The position numbers and the translations under genes are program-made. From Gammaproteobacteria bacterium (GTDB lineage: Bacteria; Pseudomonadota; Gammaproteobacteria; GCA-002705445; GCA-002716945): a stretch of 10,931 nt of DNA. The stretch spans positions 1 to 10,931 of the forward strand of contig JBJKYD010000003.1 in assembly GCA_045561295.1 (NCBI GenBank). Direction: 5' to 3'. This document shows positions 8,049 to 10,931 of this stretch, piece by piece; the first letter of the stretch is position 1, and each line of letters opens with the position of its first letter. The notes below the pieces were generated by a model. It was not told the DNA's origin, ran no database searches, and saw nothing but the letters and a program-made list of their open reading frames with translations.

Positions 8049-9111
8049 TTCCAAGTTTTCTACTACATCTAGCCCCTGTCAAATAAGCTTTTGGAATTGA
8101 TTTTCCTTGATCTCTCTTCATAGCAAGCCATGCAAATGCAGAAGATTCTAAATTTTTATAATTAAAATTACCAGGTATAGATTTTGTCTCTGTTAGTCCA
8201 GTTCTTTTAAGTATTTCTTTTTTAATAAAAGTATTTCTAGATCCCCCGCCTGCAAAAAAAATATATTGAGAATCAAGATGACTTGAATTGATAGCATCGG
8301 AGATACTAATGATGGTGAGTTGAGATACCGTTGCAATTAGCATATTTTTGTTAGTTAATTTAAACTTATTTTTGAATTTTGTAAGCCATTTTAAGTTAAA
8401 CCTTTCAAAGCCAGTACTTTTAGGAATTGCTTGGTCAAAAAATCTATCCGATAACATAGCGATTAGAGCTTCATCATTTATTTTGCCTTTTTTAGCTAGC
8501 AACCCATTTCTATCATAGGGAACATTGAAGTATCTATTGGAAATCAAATCAATAAGATAATTAGCCGGCCCTGTATCATAAGCCATTAGCTTGTTGCCTG
8601 ATTTAAATGTCCAATTTGCAAAACCTCCTAGATTTAAAATATTTATAAATGGTTTTCCTTTTAATGAAATGTACTCATGGAAATATGGTGCTAATGGGGC
8701 ACCCTGACCACCAGCTTTCATATCAGATAATCTAAAATCTCCTATGACTTTTAAATTTGTCTTCGCTGCAATCATTTTGAGATTACCCAGTGTTTTAGAT
8801 ATACATTTATTGGGGTTATGAACTAGCGTGATACCAGGATAACCAATCGCTTTTATTTTCTTTATTTTGCTGAAAATTATAAATTTATGTAAACTGCGAA
8901 TAATAAAATGGGTCACTTCTTCATCTGTCTCATTAAATAAAGATTGATTATTAGGTTTTGTTTTACATAGATTTATTTTATCTTTAAGTTTCTGACTAAT
9001 ACGATAAGATTTGAAAGTTTTTAGTTTTTTTACTTTTTCAAAGCAACATAAAGAGAAGTCTAGAGAGTCTAGACTTGTACCACACATAATCCCTATATAA
9101 TTTTCTGGCAT
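8035..9111 (-). CDS. anmK: Anhydro-N-acetylmuramic acid kinase
   Basis: IGIMCGTSLDSLD, DFRLSDMKAGGQGAPLAP, NLGGFAN, DTGPAN, PKSTG, GGGSRN and ESSAFAWLA. Convergent with the erpA-citrate synthase block and divergent from tyrS, as in other Gammaproteobacteria. Confidence 0.93.
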   Translation of the reverse strand: MPENYIGIMCGTSLDSLDFSLCCFEKVKKLKTFKSYRISQKLKDKINLCKTKPNNQSLFNETDEEVTHFIIRSLHKFIIFSKIKKIKAIGYPGITLVHNPNKCISKTLGNLKMIAAKTNLKVIGDFRLSDMKAGGQGAPLAPYFHEYISLKGKPFINILNLGGFANWTFKSGNKLMAYDTGPANYLIDLISNRYFNVPYDRNGLLAKKGKINDEALIAMLSDRFFDQAIPKSTGFERFNLKWLTKFKNKFKLTNKNMLIATVSQLTIISISDAINSSHLDSQYIFFAGGGSRNTFIKKEILKRTGLTETKSIPGNFNYKNLESSAFAWLAMKRDQGKSIPKAYLTGARCSRKLGTIYR

Positions 9112-9158
9112 TTCAATATCAAAGTATATTCATATATTATATAGTTTAGCTAGATATA

Positions 9159-10367
9159 ATGAAAAATATTAACGAACAACTTAAACTTATCAAACAAGGT
9201 ACAGCTGAAATTATTCAAGAAGCTGAACTTTTAGAAAAACTAAAAACAAAAAAGAAACTCATTGTAAAGGTAGGACTTGATCCTACCATGCCAGATATGC
9301 ATCTTGGACATACAGTAGTTATTAATAAATTGCGCCAGTTTCAAGAACTAGGACATAAAGTTGTTTTTCTTATTGGAGATTATACAGCTTGTATAGGCGA
9401 TCCATCTGGAAGAGATATTACAAGACCAGCTGTTGATCCTAAAACAATCAAGCAAAATGCTAAAAAGTTTCAAAAAGAGATCTTTAAGATACTTGATAAA
9501 GAAAAAACAAAAATCAGCTTCAACAGCGAATGGCTGGGAAAACTCAAAGGGTTAGATTTAATAGAACTTGCATCTCACTATACTGTTGCAAGAATGTTAG
9601 AAAGAGATGATTTTGATAAGAGATTCAAAGTAGAAAAAAAACCAATATCTATTCACGAATTTTTATATCCACTTTTGCAGGCAAAAGACTCTGTAGAGCT
9701 TAAAGCGGATGTTGAGCTTGGAGGTACGGATCAAAAATTCAATTTATTATTGGGCAGGAAGCTTCAAGAAGATCATAAAATGAAGCCGCAAATTTGTATC
9801 ATGATGCCAATATTAGAAGGGCTAGATGGTGTTAAAAAAATGTCGAAATCTCTTGATAATTATATTTCCATAAGTGATGAAGCAAATGATATGTTTGGCA
9901 AAGTGATGTCTATTAGTGATGATTTAATGTGGAGGTATTATGAACTATTAAGTTTTCAAGATTTAGATAAAATCCACTCATCTCATAAAGCTTGTAACAA
10001 TGATGAAATGAATCCAAGAGATGTAAAAATAGATCTAGCATATGAATTAGTTGAGCGCTTCCACGGAAAGAAAAAAGCAAAGGAAGCTAAAGATAATTTC
10101 ATCGGAAGATTTCAAAACAAAGATATAACAAAAGATATTCCAGATGTTGAAATTGATTCAGAAGGAACGGAATTAAAAATAATTGACCTTATCACTGTTA
10201 AACTTAAGGCTATTGCTAGCACCTCTGATGTAAGAAGACTGGTTAATCAAAATGCAATTAAAATTGATACAAAACCTATTGTAGATATCAACTATGATTG
10301 CAATAAACATAAAAAATTTCTCCTACAAATTGGCAAAAAGAAAGCTTACAAGATTTCTATAAAATAA
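9159..10367 (+). CDS. tyrS: Tyrosyl-tRNA synthetase
   Basis: [41 protein letters not shown] and a C-terminal S4-like domain (LQIGKKK). Confidence 0.97.
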   Translation: MKNINEQLKLIKQGTAEIIQEAELLEKLKTKKKLIVKVGLDPTMPDMHLGHTVVINKLRQFQELGHKVVFLIGDYTACIGDPSGRDITRPAVDPKTIKQNAKKFQKEIFKILDKEKTKISFNSEWLGKLKGLDLIELASHYTVARMLERDDFDKRFKVEKKPISIHEFLYPLLQAKDSVELKADVELGGTDQKFNLLLGRKLQEDHKMKPQICIMMPILEGLDGVKKMSKSLDNYISISDEANDMFGKVMSISDDLMWRYYELLSFQDLDKIHSSHKACNNDEMNPRDVKIDLAYELVERFHGKKKAKEAKDNFIGRFQNKDITKDIPDVEIDSEGTELKIIDLITVKLKAIASTSDVRRLVNQNAIKIDTKPIVDINYDCNKHKKFLLQIGKKKAYKISIK

Positions 10368-10390
10368 CCCAGATAAACCCAATAAAACAC

Positions 10391-10419
10391 TAGGTGAAAC
10401 ACCTAAACCTATGTATAAT
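10391..10419 (+). promoter_or_regulatory. Putative rrn operon promoter
   Basis: TATAAT at 10414-10419, about 150 nt upstream of the 16S and just before a boxB/boxA-like leader. The -35 is poor and is overlapped by the palindrome TAGGTG-AAA-CACCTA (10391-10405). Confidence 0.5.
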
Positions 10420-10428
10420 TTCATTCAC

Positions 10429-10492
10429 TGTGCTCATAGTGAGCACAACCTATTCGATCTATAAAAATTTGGAATGATTTGTGCGTAGTGCC
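10429..10492 (+). promoter_or_regulatory. rrn leader antitermination elements (boxB-like hairpin, boxA-like, boxC-like)
   Basis: Perfect hairpin TGTGCTCA-TAG-TGAGCACA (10429-10447), then CGATCTATAAAA (10456-10467; 8/12 to boxA TGCTCTTTAACA), then a TTGTGCGT boxC-like tract, in the canonical order. Confidence 0.55.
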
Positions 10493-10569
10493 TGTATTTT
10501 ACTCACTAAATATATTGCAGCAATTAAAGCTGCTTAAAAAAATTAGTCTATTAAGACTTAAAATTATAT

Positions 10570-10931
<362 letters not shown>

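Noticed and set aside
10368-10569. CRISPR repeat, tRNA or riboswitch among the hairpins upstream of 16S
   Set aside because: The hairpins are non-repetitive and there is no cloverleaf. They are explained as rrn leader boxB and processing stems.

Overview
AT-rich, tightly packed core-genome region of a streamlined Gammaproteobacterium. The assignment rests on gene order and the 16S 5' end; I cannot support a finer taxonomy by eye. Gene order: 5' part of metG (-), apbC/mrp (+, broken by one extra base near 1266-1269), dcd, a stand-alone TusE/DsrC-family sulfur relay gene, a signal-peptide-bearing CIA30-family gene (-), a HAD-IB phosphatase (HisN-like, -), rppH, hemJ (-), argC, bactofilin, erpA, a short-type citrate synthase, anmK (-), tyrS, then an rrn promoter/leader and the first ~360 nt of a 16S rRNA gene. 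I found no mobile element, CRISPR array, tRNA or defence gene, and no convincing novel multi-gene system. The best leads are small-scale: a C18A change in the 16S central pseudoknot/27F primer site with a testable compensatory prediction, a minimal V1 helix, a single-Cys DsrC-like protein with its own apparent promoter, the apbC frameshift, a citrate synthase unlike typical proteobacterial GltA, and a divergent AnmK.
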